Shown: positions 1-11,459 of the stretch, piece by piece | Layout of the letters: each line of letters opens with the position of its first letter | Position numbering within the stretch: the first letter of the stretch is position 1 | Source: Octopus vulgaris | Lineage: Eukaryota | Reading direction: 5' to 3' | DNA length: 64,000 nt | Assembly (NCBI GenBank): GCA_951406725.2 | Contig: OX597831.1 | Coordinates: forward strand, 52,266,001 to 52,330,000 | Program-made: the position numbers and the translations under genes | The notes under the pieces: model-generated | What the model was told of the DNA's origin: nothing | The model's input: only the letters and a program-made list of their open reading frames with translations | Database searches by the model: none

Positions 1-128
1 GGCTTCTTTCAGTTTCCATCTATCAAATCTACTCACAAGCCTTTGGCCAGCTCAAGTAGAAGACACTTACCCAAGGTGCCACGCAGTGGGACTGAACCCA
101 GAACCATGTGGTTAGGAAGCAACTGCTG
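1..128 (-). mobile_element. SINE family A, 5' (tRNA-like head) part
   Basis: Reverse complement of the head of the full copy at 29403-29795 (ccacatggtt...ttcagtcccactgcgtggcaccttggg). Confidence 0.8.
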
Positions 129-132
129 TACC

Positions 133-218
<86 letters not shown>

Positions 219-254
219 TACACACACATACATGCATAAATACAAGCATGAATG

Positions 255-285
<31 letters not shown>

Positions 286-428
286 TTATATATATATACA
301 CACACTTGAATATAAGCTTGTATCAACATAGATACTGGGTCATCCTGTAAATAATGTGGTTTTTCCAATTGCATGAACTAAAAGTCAAAGGGGGACAGGA
401 TAACCTGCAGGTTTTTCTAAAAGCTATA

Positions 429-1456
429 ATGGAAGTGACAAAGGAGCATATTCAGCATATTTTGTTTTGTGAGTTCAATAAAGGCAATAACGAAACAGAA
501 AGTGCAAGGAATATTAATGCAGTGTATGAGGATCGGACAATAAGCATAAACTAGTGTCAACAGGGGTTCCAGAAATTCTGAGCTGGAAACCACAGCTTAG
601 AAGACGAGCCTCATCATGGAAGATCTGTAGAGCCTTGATGAAGATGTTCTGCAAACCCTGGTGGAACAGAATCCCATTGTAACTGTTGAGGAATTAGCAG
701 AGAAGCTCGGATTTGGTCATTCAACCATTCATCGACACCTGCATGCCATTGGAAAAATCAGAAAATTCGGTCAACAGGTTCCTTATAAACTTTCCAAGTC
801 TAATCGTGTACAAAGAGTGAATGTGTGCTCTTCTTTGCTGTCACTTCTCACAAATGATCTTTTTTGGGATCAAGTAGTGACTGGTGATGAGTAATGGGTT
901 CTCTATAAAAATGTCAAGCAATGAAGACAGTGAGTAGGGAAAGGAGAAACACTGGCACCCCAGGCTAATAAAGGTCTTCACCCACATAAGGTGTTATCTG
1001 TTAGGTGGGATATGAAAGGTTTAGTCCACTTTGAACTTTTAAAACCAAACCAAATGAAGACAAAGGAGATCTACTGTGAGCAACTTGAGTGGCTTAAGTC
1101 AGCACAAGAAGAAAAATGACCATCTTTGGTTTTAAGACAAAAGGTGTTCTTCCATCAGGATAATGCTCAGCCACTTACAGTGAGGCTGACATTCCAAAGG
1201 CTGGAGTAGTTTGAATGGGAAACGATGCACCACTCATCATATTTGTCAGACATTGATCATCTAATTATCATTTATTCTGCTGTCTTCAAAATCCTTTGGA
1301 CAGAAAAATATGAATTCTGTAGATGAGGTCAGAACAGTACTGGGGGAGTATTTTTTGTCACAGACAAGTGAATTTTGGAAGAGGGGCCTTGCAAATCTAC
1401 CAGATAGATGGAAGAGCATTGTAGAAAATGAAGGAGAGTATATTTCAGTAGATTAA
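429..1456 (+). pseudogene. Mariner transposase pseudogene
   Basis: MEVTKEHIQHILFCEF..., HTH segment TVEELAEKLGFGHSTIHRHL, VPYKL (WVPHEL-like), VTGDE and HQDNA motifs; several stops and frameshifts. Confidence 0.9.
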
Positions 1457-1494
1457 AAAAGAACTTTGTTTATCTTAATATTGAAAAATAAAAG

Positions 1495-1817
1495 CACATC
1501 TGAGCATGACATGAAAAACAACATTCGAGCATAGTTGTTGCCAGTGCCACCAGACTGGCTCCTGTGCAGGTAGCATGTAAAAACACCTTTTAAGTGTGGT
1601 CATTGCCAGAACCGCCTGACTGGCCCTCGTGCTGGTGACACGTAAAATGCATCCACTACACTCTTGGAGTGATTGGCTTTAGGAAGGGCATCCAGCTGTA
1701 GAAACTTTGCCAGACCAGATTGAGCCTGGTGCAGCCTCTAGCTCACCAGTCCTCAGTCAAACCGTCCAACCCATGATAGCATGGAAAGCGGACGTTAAAC
1801 AATAATGATGATGATGA
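1495..1817 (+). mobile_element. 3' end of RTE-like LINE family, inserted in the mariner
   Basis: Same 3' sequence as 5880-6115 (aggaagggcatccagct...ccaacccatg...gacgttaaa) with a (GAT)n tail; possible TSD aat(a/g)aaagc. Confidence 0.75.
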
Positions 1818-2356
1818 ATGAAAGCGGTATAAAAAAAAACTGCATTATTTACGGGATGATCCAGTATAAAGATGCACGTGTGTTTGTGTGTGTGCATGTT
1901 TGTTTATGTATCCTATCATTGCATTGACAATGATAATGATGATGATGATGATGATGACGGCTACAATGGCCTCTCATAACTAAAAGTGCTCGTTTCTAAA
2001 GTAGTTTATTAAATATAACAGAAACTCTCCCGATGTCCCAACGACAACAACATCGGGAGAATATGACCTAATATTTCTATATCAATATAAAGCAGGAAGA
2101 GAATTTCATCGTTAAGAAGTCAATTAGCATATACGATACGCTTGGTGTATCATGCATGATGATGCAATCAATGCATACAGGAAAAGAAATGCAGAAGGAT
2201 CTCTGGCAGATTGACAGCAAACTGACAGTTGAGCAGCACCACACCAGTGTGCAATATTGCGACTGAAGACAGTGAACTGATCGTCTGTCTGTCTGTCTGT
2301 CTGTCTGGTTGGCTGGCTGGTTGACTGGCTGGTTGGCTGGCTGGCAAGATGGATAC

Positions 2357-2630
2357 ATTCTTTTACTTGTTTCAGTCATTTGACTGCGGCCATGCTGGAG
2401 CACCGCCTTAACGGGTTTTTGTTTTTATATTAGTCAAAGAAATCGACTCCAGGATTTATTCTTTGTAAGTCTAGTGCTTATTCTATCGGTCTCTTTTGTC
2501 ACACCACCAAGTTACAGGGACATAAACACATCAGCATCACTTGTCAAGTGATAGTGGGGGGTGGGGGTGGACAGACACACATGCACACACAAACACAAAC
2601 ATAAATACCCACACACACAAATGTGCGTAC

Positions 2631-2640
<10 letters not shown>
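2357..2640 (-). mobile_element. SINE family A, 3' part
   Basis: ttttacttgtttcagtcatttgactgcggccatgctggagcaccgcc is the reverse complement of the SINE-A tail. Confidence 0.85.
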
Positions 2641-2661
<21 letters not shown>

Positions 2662-2779
2662 AACACACTTAAACACACACACACAAACACACACTTAAAC
2701 ACACACACACACCTTTTAATATTCACTTAGGCATGTATAAATTTAACTTTTACTTAACCATCAATTATCCTTTTGACTT

Positions 2780-3350
2780 AAGATATTTTTAGAAAAAATA
2801 GTGGTTAATAATAGTATTAAAGGATAATTTCAGGTTTATAAAACTTATAATTCATATACCTCCTTATTTGGAATTTCTCAGCGTACATACAAATACAGCT
2901 TGACCAGTAATAAAATTCATTAAAGGTGTTTTAAATAGACACACATATTGGATTTCATAGAGAGAATGTCACCTTTTCCATAATTTATATTAAGCACCCA
3001 CTTAATTTATATTCTTCAAAATCTTGATTCAAATAGACATGATGGCAAAAATGAATACAATAATCCTACAATGATAACTAAGACAAAATCTATGTACTAC
3101 TAACGTCTTTTTTAGTTTTTACATCAGCTACTGATGAGTACAAATATGACTATTATGATTTTCTGTTTATGAATATCTGAGTTTTTTTTTTTTTTTTGTA
3201 TGAAACAAATTGTATAGCAACATGAAAAATGAAAAACTATAATCCATTTTAACATCTAATCTCCTCCATTACATAAATATGAATGAATTTCTTGAACTGT
3301 GTTTAATAAGTTAAATCATATACTGATTATTTCTATACAAGTTTTCATAC
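2780..3350 (+). mobile_element. Highly degraded Penelope-like element remnant
   Basis: Faint GIY-YIG-like translation (VYK...YTSLFGISQRTYK, ~2830-2900) followed by a hammerhead motif at 3127. Confidence 0.35.
3127..3218 (+). ncRNA. Type I hammerhead ribozyme motif, canonical core
   Basis: Stem I gcta/tagc; CTGATGA 3131-3137; stem II gtacaaa/tttgtat around a ~50-nt loop; GAAA 3202-3205; stem III acaa-a-ttgt; GUA triplet. Confidence 0.65.
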
Positions 3351-3561
3351 CTATACGAATTTATGTAAGTAAATTAAAAAATAAAGTACAAAGAAAAGAC
3401 ATTAGAAATCTTTGGAAATAATTCCAATTAAAGGAAGAACTCACATTCATCTGATAAAAAGAAATAGATAAAAAAATATAATATGTGAATATATATGTGT
3501 GTATGTATGTATATATATATATGTATGTATATGTATATATGTGTATATGTATGTATGTATA

Positions 3562-3619
<58 letters not shown>

Positions 3620-4012
3620 TATAGGAGTGGCTGTGTGGGAAGTAACTTGCTAACCAACCACATGGTTCCGGGTTCAGTCCCACTGCGTGGCATCTTGGGC
3701 AAGTGTCTTCTGCTATAGCCCTGGGCCGACCAATGCCTTGTGAGTGGATTTGGTAGACGGAAACTGAAAGAAGCCTGTCGTATATATGTATATATATATA
3801 TATGTGTGTGTGTGTTTGTCCCCCTAGCATTGCTTGACAACCGATGCTGGTGTGTTTACGTCCCCATCACTTAGCGGTTCGGCAAAAGAGACCGATGGAA
3901 TAAGTACTGGGCTTACAAAAAGAATAAGTCCCGGGGTCGAGTTGCTCGACTAAAGGCGGTGCTCCAGCATGGCCGCAGTCAAATGACTGAAACAAATAAA
4001 AGATTAAAAGAG
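3620..4012 (+). mobile_element. SINE family A, full length
   Basis: A/B-box-like head (tggctgtgtgg...ggttcagtccc), cttgggcaag core-like motif, internal TA/TG repeat, tail ...gactgaaac. Confidence 0.9.
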
Positions 4013-4062
4013 TAATATATATTTAATATATGTATGTATGTATGTGTGTGTGTGCGTGTATG

Positions 4063-4100
<38 letters not shown>

Positions 4101-4119
4101 TGTGTGTGTGTCTAACTAC

Positions 4120-4322
4120 CTTTGTCCAGCCAGCCGTCATGATTGACTGCTAGCTCCAAAAGTTTTTTGTTCTCTTACTGTTTATTTTCTCATGTTCCTT
4201 TCTATTGAAGAGCGTAGGCTCGAAATGTAAAATACTTTCTCACCTTCCCAAGCACTAATCTAATACACCTGTTTGTTGTTTATACACCCGTCTTCCTCTT
4301 TTGTTTTTCTGTAAATTTCAAC
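4120..4322 (+). mobile_element. PLE-derived 3' terminus with hammerhead-like motif
   Basis: ctattgaagagcgtaggctcgaaatgtaaa plus a tail shared with 25320-25495 and 59150-59317; ends at (TA)n. Confidence 0.6.
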
Positions 4323-4379
4323 TATATATATATATATATATACATATACATATGTGTGTGTGTATATGTATATATATAT

Positions 4380-6115
4380 GTGGTCAGAGATTTAGGGACA
4401 TCCTGAGAAATTCATTGAGAGGGAGGAGGAGCTACAGATGTGTGACATAGAGGACAATTGGGAATTCCTGTGGGATAGCTTGCTGAGTGCCACAAATCAG
4501 ATCTGTGGCTGGTGCAAAGTCCCTTCCAGGCCTAGGGTGGGGAACAAGGCTATAGGCAGGTCCATTAGAGTAAAAAAACAGGCTTGGAAGGCCTGGAAGA
4601 GTTGGAATAGCAGGGAACTGTATTAGATAACCAGAAGGGAAGCTAGGAGACAGGTGTATCTAACCAAGGGAGAAGCAGAAAAGAAGTTTACCAATATTCA
4701 ACGACACAAGGACCGAAGAACTGAAGCGTTTTGGATTTCACGACAGTGTGTGAGAGAAAATTGTGATATCATAGAAGAGAAATGTGTCCGCATGGATGAT
4801 GGTGCACTTGCATTTAATGATTCTGCAAAGAAAGAGGCTTGGAAATGTCATTACGAAAGACTGCTGAATGTGGAGAATGAATGGGAGGAGGAGAGTCTAC
4901 CAAATGTTGACCCAATTGAGGTACCAGCTACCCAAATTGACAGTACTTTGGTAGATAAAGCAATTAAAGATATGAAGAGAAAGAAAACTCCCAGCCCTTC
5001 AAGAAATGAAGCTAGCATGCTTCTCTGGATGTGCAATGTCAGTGCGCATGTTCGACAGAGTGTAAGCATCTTGAGAGAAAAGTTGGGCATAAAAGGCATC
5101 AGATGGGGTGTGCAAGAGAGACGACTGCACTGGTATGGTCATGTGATACATATGAATGAGGATAGCTGTGTAAAGAAGTGCTGATCTCTAACTGTGAAGG
5201 GAACCTGTGGTGGAAGTAGACCCAGGAAGACATGAGACGAGGTGGGAAAGCATAATCCTCAAACTTTGGGCCTCACAGAAGCAATGACTAGTCACCGAGA
5301 TGTTTGGCCGTATGCTGTGCTTTAGAAGACCTGTCAAGCCAAGTGAAATCACAGTCGTGGTTGACGCTGGTGTCACATAACTGGCACCCGTGCTGGTGGC
5401 GGCACCTATACTGGTGGTGGCACCCATGCCAGTAGCATGTAAAAAGCACCTTTTGAGCATTGGGCCTCATGGAGGCAAAGTGGCTGAACTGCTTTTGAGT
5501 ATTGGGCCTCATGGAGGCAATGACCAAGACCTTTGATGCACCTCATGGCCTCATGGAGGTGAAGTGGCCGAGTTCCTTTTGAGTGTTGGGCCTCTGGGAG
5601 GCAGTGACTGAAACTTTTGGCATTATGTCATGCTTGAGATGAAAAGCCATCAAACTGAGCAAAATCGCAGTCATGGCAGATATGGGCCTCACAGAGGCAA
5701 TGACTGAGACCTCTTGAGTGTTGGGCCTCATGGAGGCAAAGTAGCTGAGCTCCTTTCAAATATTGGGCTTCGGAGGCAATGACTGAAACCTTTGGCTCGA
5801 AAGTTGGGCCTTACAAAGGCAATGACTGAGAACTTTGGCATTATTATGTGCTTGGGAAAAAGACCCATCAAGTCGAGCAAAATCACAGCTGTGGCAGATA
5901 CCGGAGTCGCGCAAATGGCACCCATGCCGGTGGCACGTAAAAGCACCCATTACACTCTTGGAGTAGTTAGTGTTAGGAGGGGCATCCAGCTATAGAAAAC
6001 TTGCCAAATCAGACTGGTGTCTGGTGCAGCCTTCCAGCTTGCCAGCCCCGATCAAACCATTCTGCCTATGTCAGCATGGACAACAGACGTTAAATGATGA
6101 TGATGATGATGATGA
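4380..6115 (+). mobile_element. Internally deleted RTE-clade LINE (ORF2 fragments plus 3' UTR)
   Basis: Pre-RT linker (AWKCHYERLLN...DKAIKDMKRKKTPSP) joined directly to the C-terminal motif NEASMLLWMCNV...RRLHWYGHV; RT core absent; (GAT)n tail. Confidence 0.8.
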
Positions 6116-6117
6116 TA

Positions 6118-7270
6118 TATATTTGAAAAATAATGAACAAAACAGAAGGGAAAATGACAACACAAGGTGGACAATTTTTACCAAATATTGCATTAGTTTA
6201 ATGCTGAAAAGAAGAAAGGGAAAAAGTCATAAAATTTTGGATATTAGTTCTTCATCAGATGAAAAGCTTTGGAGGAGTGAGAGAGAGGGAAAGTAGTTTA
6301 AAAGGAAGAAGAAAAAGAAATGGGCAGAGGATTAGAAGTCAGGTGGGAATATGATTCTATGGGGGTGGGGAGTTAAGAAGGGAAGAGAGGGCATAGATGT
6401 TTGTGTGTGCAAGTATTGTGATATAACTATATTTTGAGATGGGCTTAATTGGGGGAGTGCTGTGAATGTCTTTTTTTTTTGGGGGTGGGGTATGTATGTA
6501 GAGATGTGTAAGTGTAGAAGTATACTGGCATGGGTTAGTAGGGGTGTAATGTGTGTGTGTAGTTATTTTGTGTATGTGTAAGGAAAGCATTGAGATAGGT
6601 CTGGGCATTGGTGTAAAATTTAAAGGGAAGACAAGAAGAATGTGGAGTGTGCGATTGAAGTGTGTGCAAAGCTATGGGTATGAGACACTGAACAAAACAT
6701 AATCAGGGGAGCAAAAGAATAATTATACTACATCACTGGTACAAAACTTTTATTGTGTGAGAGAAAAAAATTAGTGAAGTGTATGAGAGGTTGTAAAGAA
6801 TATAAATGGGAAATAGAAAAAAGACAAATGAAAAAAGAACAAAAGAAGTAAAGTAAAGAAAAGAGAAGTATAACTTTGGGGAGAGGAGAGAAGTGAAAGA
6901 AAATTAATAGAAACATTGGAGAAAAATTAATTACAATACAACACTTATATAACAAACATTTCTTTAATCTCTTTGAGAGAAGAAATTTAAAAACAAAACA
7001 ATAAAACTGATAAGATGTCTGGGAAGGTTTTATAACTGATTCAAAGTCAAGAGAGGAAGGAATGTCCATAGTTTGGTAAGGAACTACTAGCAGTAGATAT
7101 GTGAGCACAAGTAGGAGGAGAAGCATTTGTAATGGAAAAAAGAGGAACAAGAAAAAATTATTATTCTAGAAGTTATACAGCTACTGGAAAGTCATGAAAG
7201 GGAGAGAAAAGGTGAAAGTTTAGAGAGGGAAGAGAAATGTGAGAAGAATTAGAGTAAAACTGGAGAAAAA
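6118..7270 (-). mobile_element. Very degraded PLE-like element
   Basis: Minus strand carries ctgatgaagaactaat (degenerate hammerhead, ~6245-6258) and a cattaaactaat...tccacc tail resembling the other PLE termini. Confidence 0.35.
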
Positions 7271-7359
7271 TTAATTATTATATAACACTGGTACAAAGAA
7301 GTTTTTCCTTCTGTGTGAGAAGAAAATTTGTGATGTACACTGAAGGGTGTAAAGAAACC

Positions 7360-7432
7360 CATCTAATTCTGTCAAGCTGCCCAACCCATGCCAGTGTGGA
7401 AGACAGATGTTGAAAGATGATGATGATGATGG

Positions 7433-7462
<30 letters not shown>
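7360..7462 (+). mobile_element. RTE family 3' tip
   Basis: ccaacccatgccagtgtggaagacagatgttgaaa followed by (GAT)n. Confidence 0.6.
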
Positions 7463-7463
<1 letters not shown>

Positions 7464-7799
7464 ATATTAGCTCTATAACATTCAAACTGGGGTGCATGTA
7501 TTTTTGGAAAATCAAACTGGAGTGTGGGACAAAAGACGGTTGAAAAATATTGATCTGAATGATGTTGCAGAGATGAGGCTTGATGTAAAAAGACGCTTAT
7601 TGCAAATTTCATTTCAGGTCTCTTGAAGAGTTAAGCGTTGAAGGTAACAAGCTTGCCACGCTACCCTCCGGACTGTTGCAACTGGATCTGCTATCATTCA
7701 ATGCATCCAATAATTTTTTACATCCAATTTTCTGGCCAGAGACAATTAAAGAATTCAGAGAAGACTTTCAGAAATCTGTAAGTTTCATCATCATCATCA

Positions 7800-7836
<37 letters not shown>

Positions 7837-7895
7837 CATTATTATTATTATTAATATTATTATCATCATTATTTTAATTTTTATTATTATCATTA

Positions 7896-8890
7896 GGTGC
7901 TCACAGCCCTCTACCAATCAGGCAATGGGATCAGTGGATGTTCTACTCTAAGAATTTATAGAGGATTAGTGGCAGGAAAATGCAATGACATTTTCATGGA
8001 GACTCTGGGTGCCAATGAAAACAAACTGGCTAGTCTGTTCCAGAGGACTTACCGGTCGGGAATTATTATGGATAATTTCCAGATGTCCTTGGTCAGGCAG
8101 TGCTACCAGGGGGCACTACTGGTTTGAGATAAACTCTACAGGCACGGATGTGCTGTCAGATAGGCTTGTCTGAGGTGTGCACAGAGTGACGAAAATGTTC
8201 TGCATGTACTCATTCAGTGTCAGGACATTGCTAACTTGTGGGGTTATGTCAAACAGCTGCTGTCACGTGTGGGATGGATCTGTCTATCAGCTGAATTTGC
8301 AGCGATGATTGCCCAGCAGCCCTCCTTCAATTGGACAGGCAAGGCTGTTTTCCTTTGCCTGGTGGCTGTGGTGAAAGAGGTTGTTTGGTGGACAAGGCTG
8401 AAAGGCATGAGGACAGATACATTCTTCTTTGCTAGAGCTCTCATTGACTTCTTCAAGTTTCACTTGAAAAAGAAATTGAGAGTGGAGTTAAAAGTGCTGT
8501 CCTTGAATGAGTTTAGTGAAAGGTGGATGAAAGTTGTGAAAATGGCAAGAGTGGATGGTACCTCTCTAAGTGCAGACCGGTGAGTTGGAGAGAAGAAATC
8601 GGAGAGAACATTTGCTCTTGGTATTCAGGGAAATCTCAAACAGTAGGGTTCCTCGATTATCCCTAGAGGTCATCCTGTATCAGGAGGGCTACATTTCTAT
8701 CATCCTCCCTATATTCTTTTCTTTTTTTTATAACCTTTGTACACTATGTATACACCCCTTTCTGTCCATTGCATACTGTATATACTTACTTTTTTTCTCT
8801 ACCATTTCATTATATGTAAGCCTCAACACTTTATGTTTCTCTTTGTATTGTCCCCTTCATCCATCACCCTGGTGGAAAATAAATGAAATC
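7896..8890 (+). mobile_element. Tx1/L1-clade LINE 3' fragment
   Basis: CLRCAQSDENVLHVLIQC (CCHC zinc motif after RT) at ~8165-8220, then LWGYVKQLL...WWTR and a T-rich 3' UTR; (ATT)n on both sides. Confidence 0.8.
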
Positions 8891-8927
<37 letters not shown>

Positions 8928-9079
8928 CCATTATCATCTTTCAATTCTGTTTCCATCTCTTGCCAAGTATCTTCCTGACACCTAGAGCAGAGAAATGCAC
9001 TGTATAGAACATTAAAATAAACCCACCAGATTGTTTATTTACAAAGTCATGTGATAGAGAAAAAGGGGAAGAAAGACAG

Positions 9080-9830
9080 AGAAAAAAAGGAAAAAATAAA
9101 AAATAAAAAAGTAAACAAAGAAAATAAAGGGTAAAAAATGAAAGAAATTCACTGCCTCAATGCACTTCTCAGTACGTGTGACATACCAGTTAAGCCAATC
9201 TTTTGCACTTCCTGCATGGATAGTAAGCCAGGGGTTATTCTCAAATAATTTTCAGTCCCTTTTTTGATCATTCCAAGTGCTCCTACAATCACTGGTATTG
9301 TAACCATCTTGAGATGCCACATCTTTTCAATTTCGATTAGCAAATCTTTATATTTTCTGAGCTTATCAAATTCTTTTGCTGAGATATTATGGTCACAGGG
9401 TATGCTCATATCAATTAATAAACACACTTAATTGTTTTGATCTTTCACAACAATATCTGGTTCATTTGCTTTGATGGTCCAGTCTGTACATACTGGAAAG
9501 TCCCAAAGAATCATTACATTTTCTCCCTCAGTTACAGCCTCAGGGTGGTGCTTGTACCATTTGTCAGCAGTTTCGATTTTATAATGCCAACACATTATCA
9601 AATGTGGATATTGGTCAACTCTGTCATGTCTAGATTTGTACTTTACAGGTGCTAAAACCTTACACCCAGAGATTGTGCAGTCTCTGAGCATTGCCAGCTT
9701 ATGGGATTATGTTGAACAGCTGTTGTCACATGTAGGACAAATCCAAATACCTTTTATGTAAACCCACACACATATTGTAAACTGTCCTTGTAATGGCCCA
9801 CTCATCTGATGCCTTTGTAGCAAAAGAAAT
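9080..9830 (-). mobile_element. R4/Dong-clade LINE 3' fragment (restriction-like endonuclease)
   Basis: ISGCKVLA..KYKSRHDRV...ILWD...TDWTIKANEPDIVV and LLIDMSIP...KYKDLLIEIEKMW...IPVIVGALG; a short plus-strand Tx1 piece lies at ~9670-9740. Confidence 0.85.
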
Positions 9831-9934
9831 CATCATCATCATCATCATTATTATTATTATTATTATTATTATTTTAGATTTTATTTCTTTTCTTGTTTAC
9901 AAGATATAACATAGAAGATTCTGACTTCACCACC

Positions 9935-10115
9935 ACCACCACCACCATCATCATCATTATCATCATAATTTAACGTCTGTTTTCCATGCTGGAATGGGTT
10001 TGCCAATTTGACAGGGGTTGGCTGGGCAGAAGACTGCACCAAGCTCCACTGTCTGCTTTGACAGGGTTTTTACAGCTGGACGCCCTTCCTAACGCCAACC
10101 ACCTTACAGAGTGGG
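9935..10115 (-). mobile_element. RTE family 3' end
   Basis: tttaacgtctgttttccatgctgg...cagctggacgcccttcctaacgccaacc is the reverse complement of the RTE 3' UTR. Confidence 0.7.
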
Positions 10116-10129
10116 GACTTCCACAAGCA

Positions 10130-11155
10130 AATTAGAGCCCTTAACTTTGGCTTTTAACATCTACACACATCTCTAACATTGTCTACAATATTATTTATTA
10201 CAAAGGCATTTCTGTACTTTTTTCTTTGTTATGTACCAAGTTACATTATTTTTGTCATTTAGTGTACATTCTTTACCACCAATTAATTCTTTTCCCTTCT
10301 TTCTTGAAGAGTGTGTATAGACTAATAACATCTAGCATCACTTTTGGGGAATAATGCTCCAATATGCTCATTCTTTTTCAAGTTACATCACTTTAAGATA
10401 ACACCCTCTATACCTCTAACTAACCATTGCCAAAGTCTTATTTTTATCATTTCGCTTTGTTCAAAGTAGCAATTTCAGATCTTCTGAAGTATTTCTTTAT
10501 AAATGCTTCCTTTCTTATAATTTTCCTTATCTTATCTAACTCTATAATACCTAAGTATTTATAACCTTCTTCTCAGCCTTAAACCTCTGCTTCATGACTT
10601 CATTATCAAGTAATTGTATCCTATCACTTTCCATTATTTTCCCCTCCATTCATTATCGAGACTCCACACTTTTAATCCCAGATTCCATCTCAGTACCATC
10701 ATTAAAACCAGTGCACTGTTTGCACTAAGGAGTCTATTTGATCTCCATTCTTTGCAAACAGCCTCCAGCAATCCATAAATAGATGATTGATTTTTATGCT
10801 GCTTGCATTTCATCATATACCCATCCCTTACTATTGGTTGTTAGTAAACTTAATGCTATCATAATATCAGAAATAGTTAAAAAGAACAAAAAAAACCCCA
10901 ACTAAACTTAAACATAAATGGGTACATGGTAGCTAACACTCAGGAAAAATCCCTCCCATTGATATTAATACTTCCAAAATCTTTACCACAGCAAATTAGT
11001 TACCATTTTTTCATCCCCACAAATTCAAATACTCTTCGCTACCATTAGTTTTGGTTTTTGTTATATTTTCTGCTAACAACTATCATTTCATCATCCTGAT
11101 GAAGTTCTACTTTTGGACTATTGGAGACTGAAGAAATCACTGTCATCATAAGCCT
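10130..11155 (+). mobile_element. Degraded Penelope-like element (GIY-YIG C-terminus)
   Basis: Frameshifted YNLLLSL...TSLSS and NQCTVCTKESI...INR...CLH, resembling the PLE CxLCxxEK...LNxR...CRH tail; ctgatga at 11096. Confidence 0.45.
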
Positions 11156-11157
11156 TC

Positions 11158-11191
<34 letters not shown>

Positions 11192-11459
11192 GCACACACA
11201 CACAGACACACACACAGATATATACATAAATACATATTTATGTATGTATATGTATATATTTATGTATGTATATGTATATATCCACCTTCCACTCCCAAAT
11301 ACTTCCTTGTAGAAGGAGCTTTTTTTCCCTCCTTTCTTCTCCCAGCACTTATTTTTAAGTTTGGTTATTTATTCTATCAGTCTGTTTTGCCAAAACTGCT
11401 AAGTTATGGGGATGTAAACAAACCAACAACAAACACAAACACAAAGACATGCACATAGA

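Larger units (their letters stand above)
335..1864 (+). mobile_element. Degenerate full-length mariner transposon with TIRs and TA target-site duplication
   Basis: Left TIR ctgggtcatcctgtaaataatgtggtttttt matches the reverse complement of the right end aaaaactgcattatttacgggatgatccag; TA at 333-334 and 1865-1866. Confidence 0.9.

Noticed and set aside
2020-2280. Possible exon with a 10-bp hairpin (ctcccgatgt/acatcgggag)
   Set aside because: Stops occur in all plus-strand frames and there is no recognisable motif; left unclassified
5440-5830. CRISPR-like array of palindromic repeats
   Set aside because: Eukaryotic context, no cas genes, spacers related to each other, and the repeat derives from RTE ORF2
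11090-11150. Hammerhead at ctgatga 11096
   Set aside because: No convincing stem I or stem III and no correctly placed GAAA-NUH; at best a decayed copy
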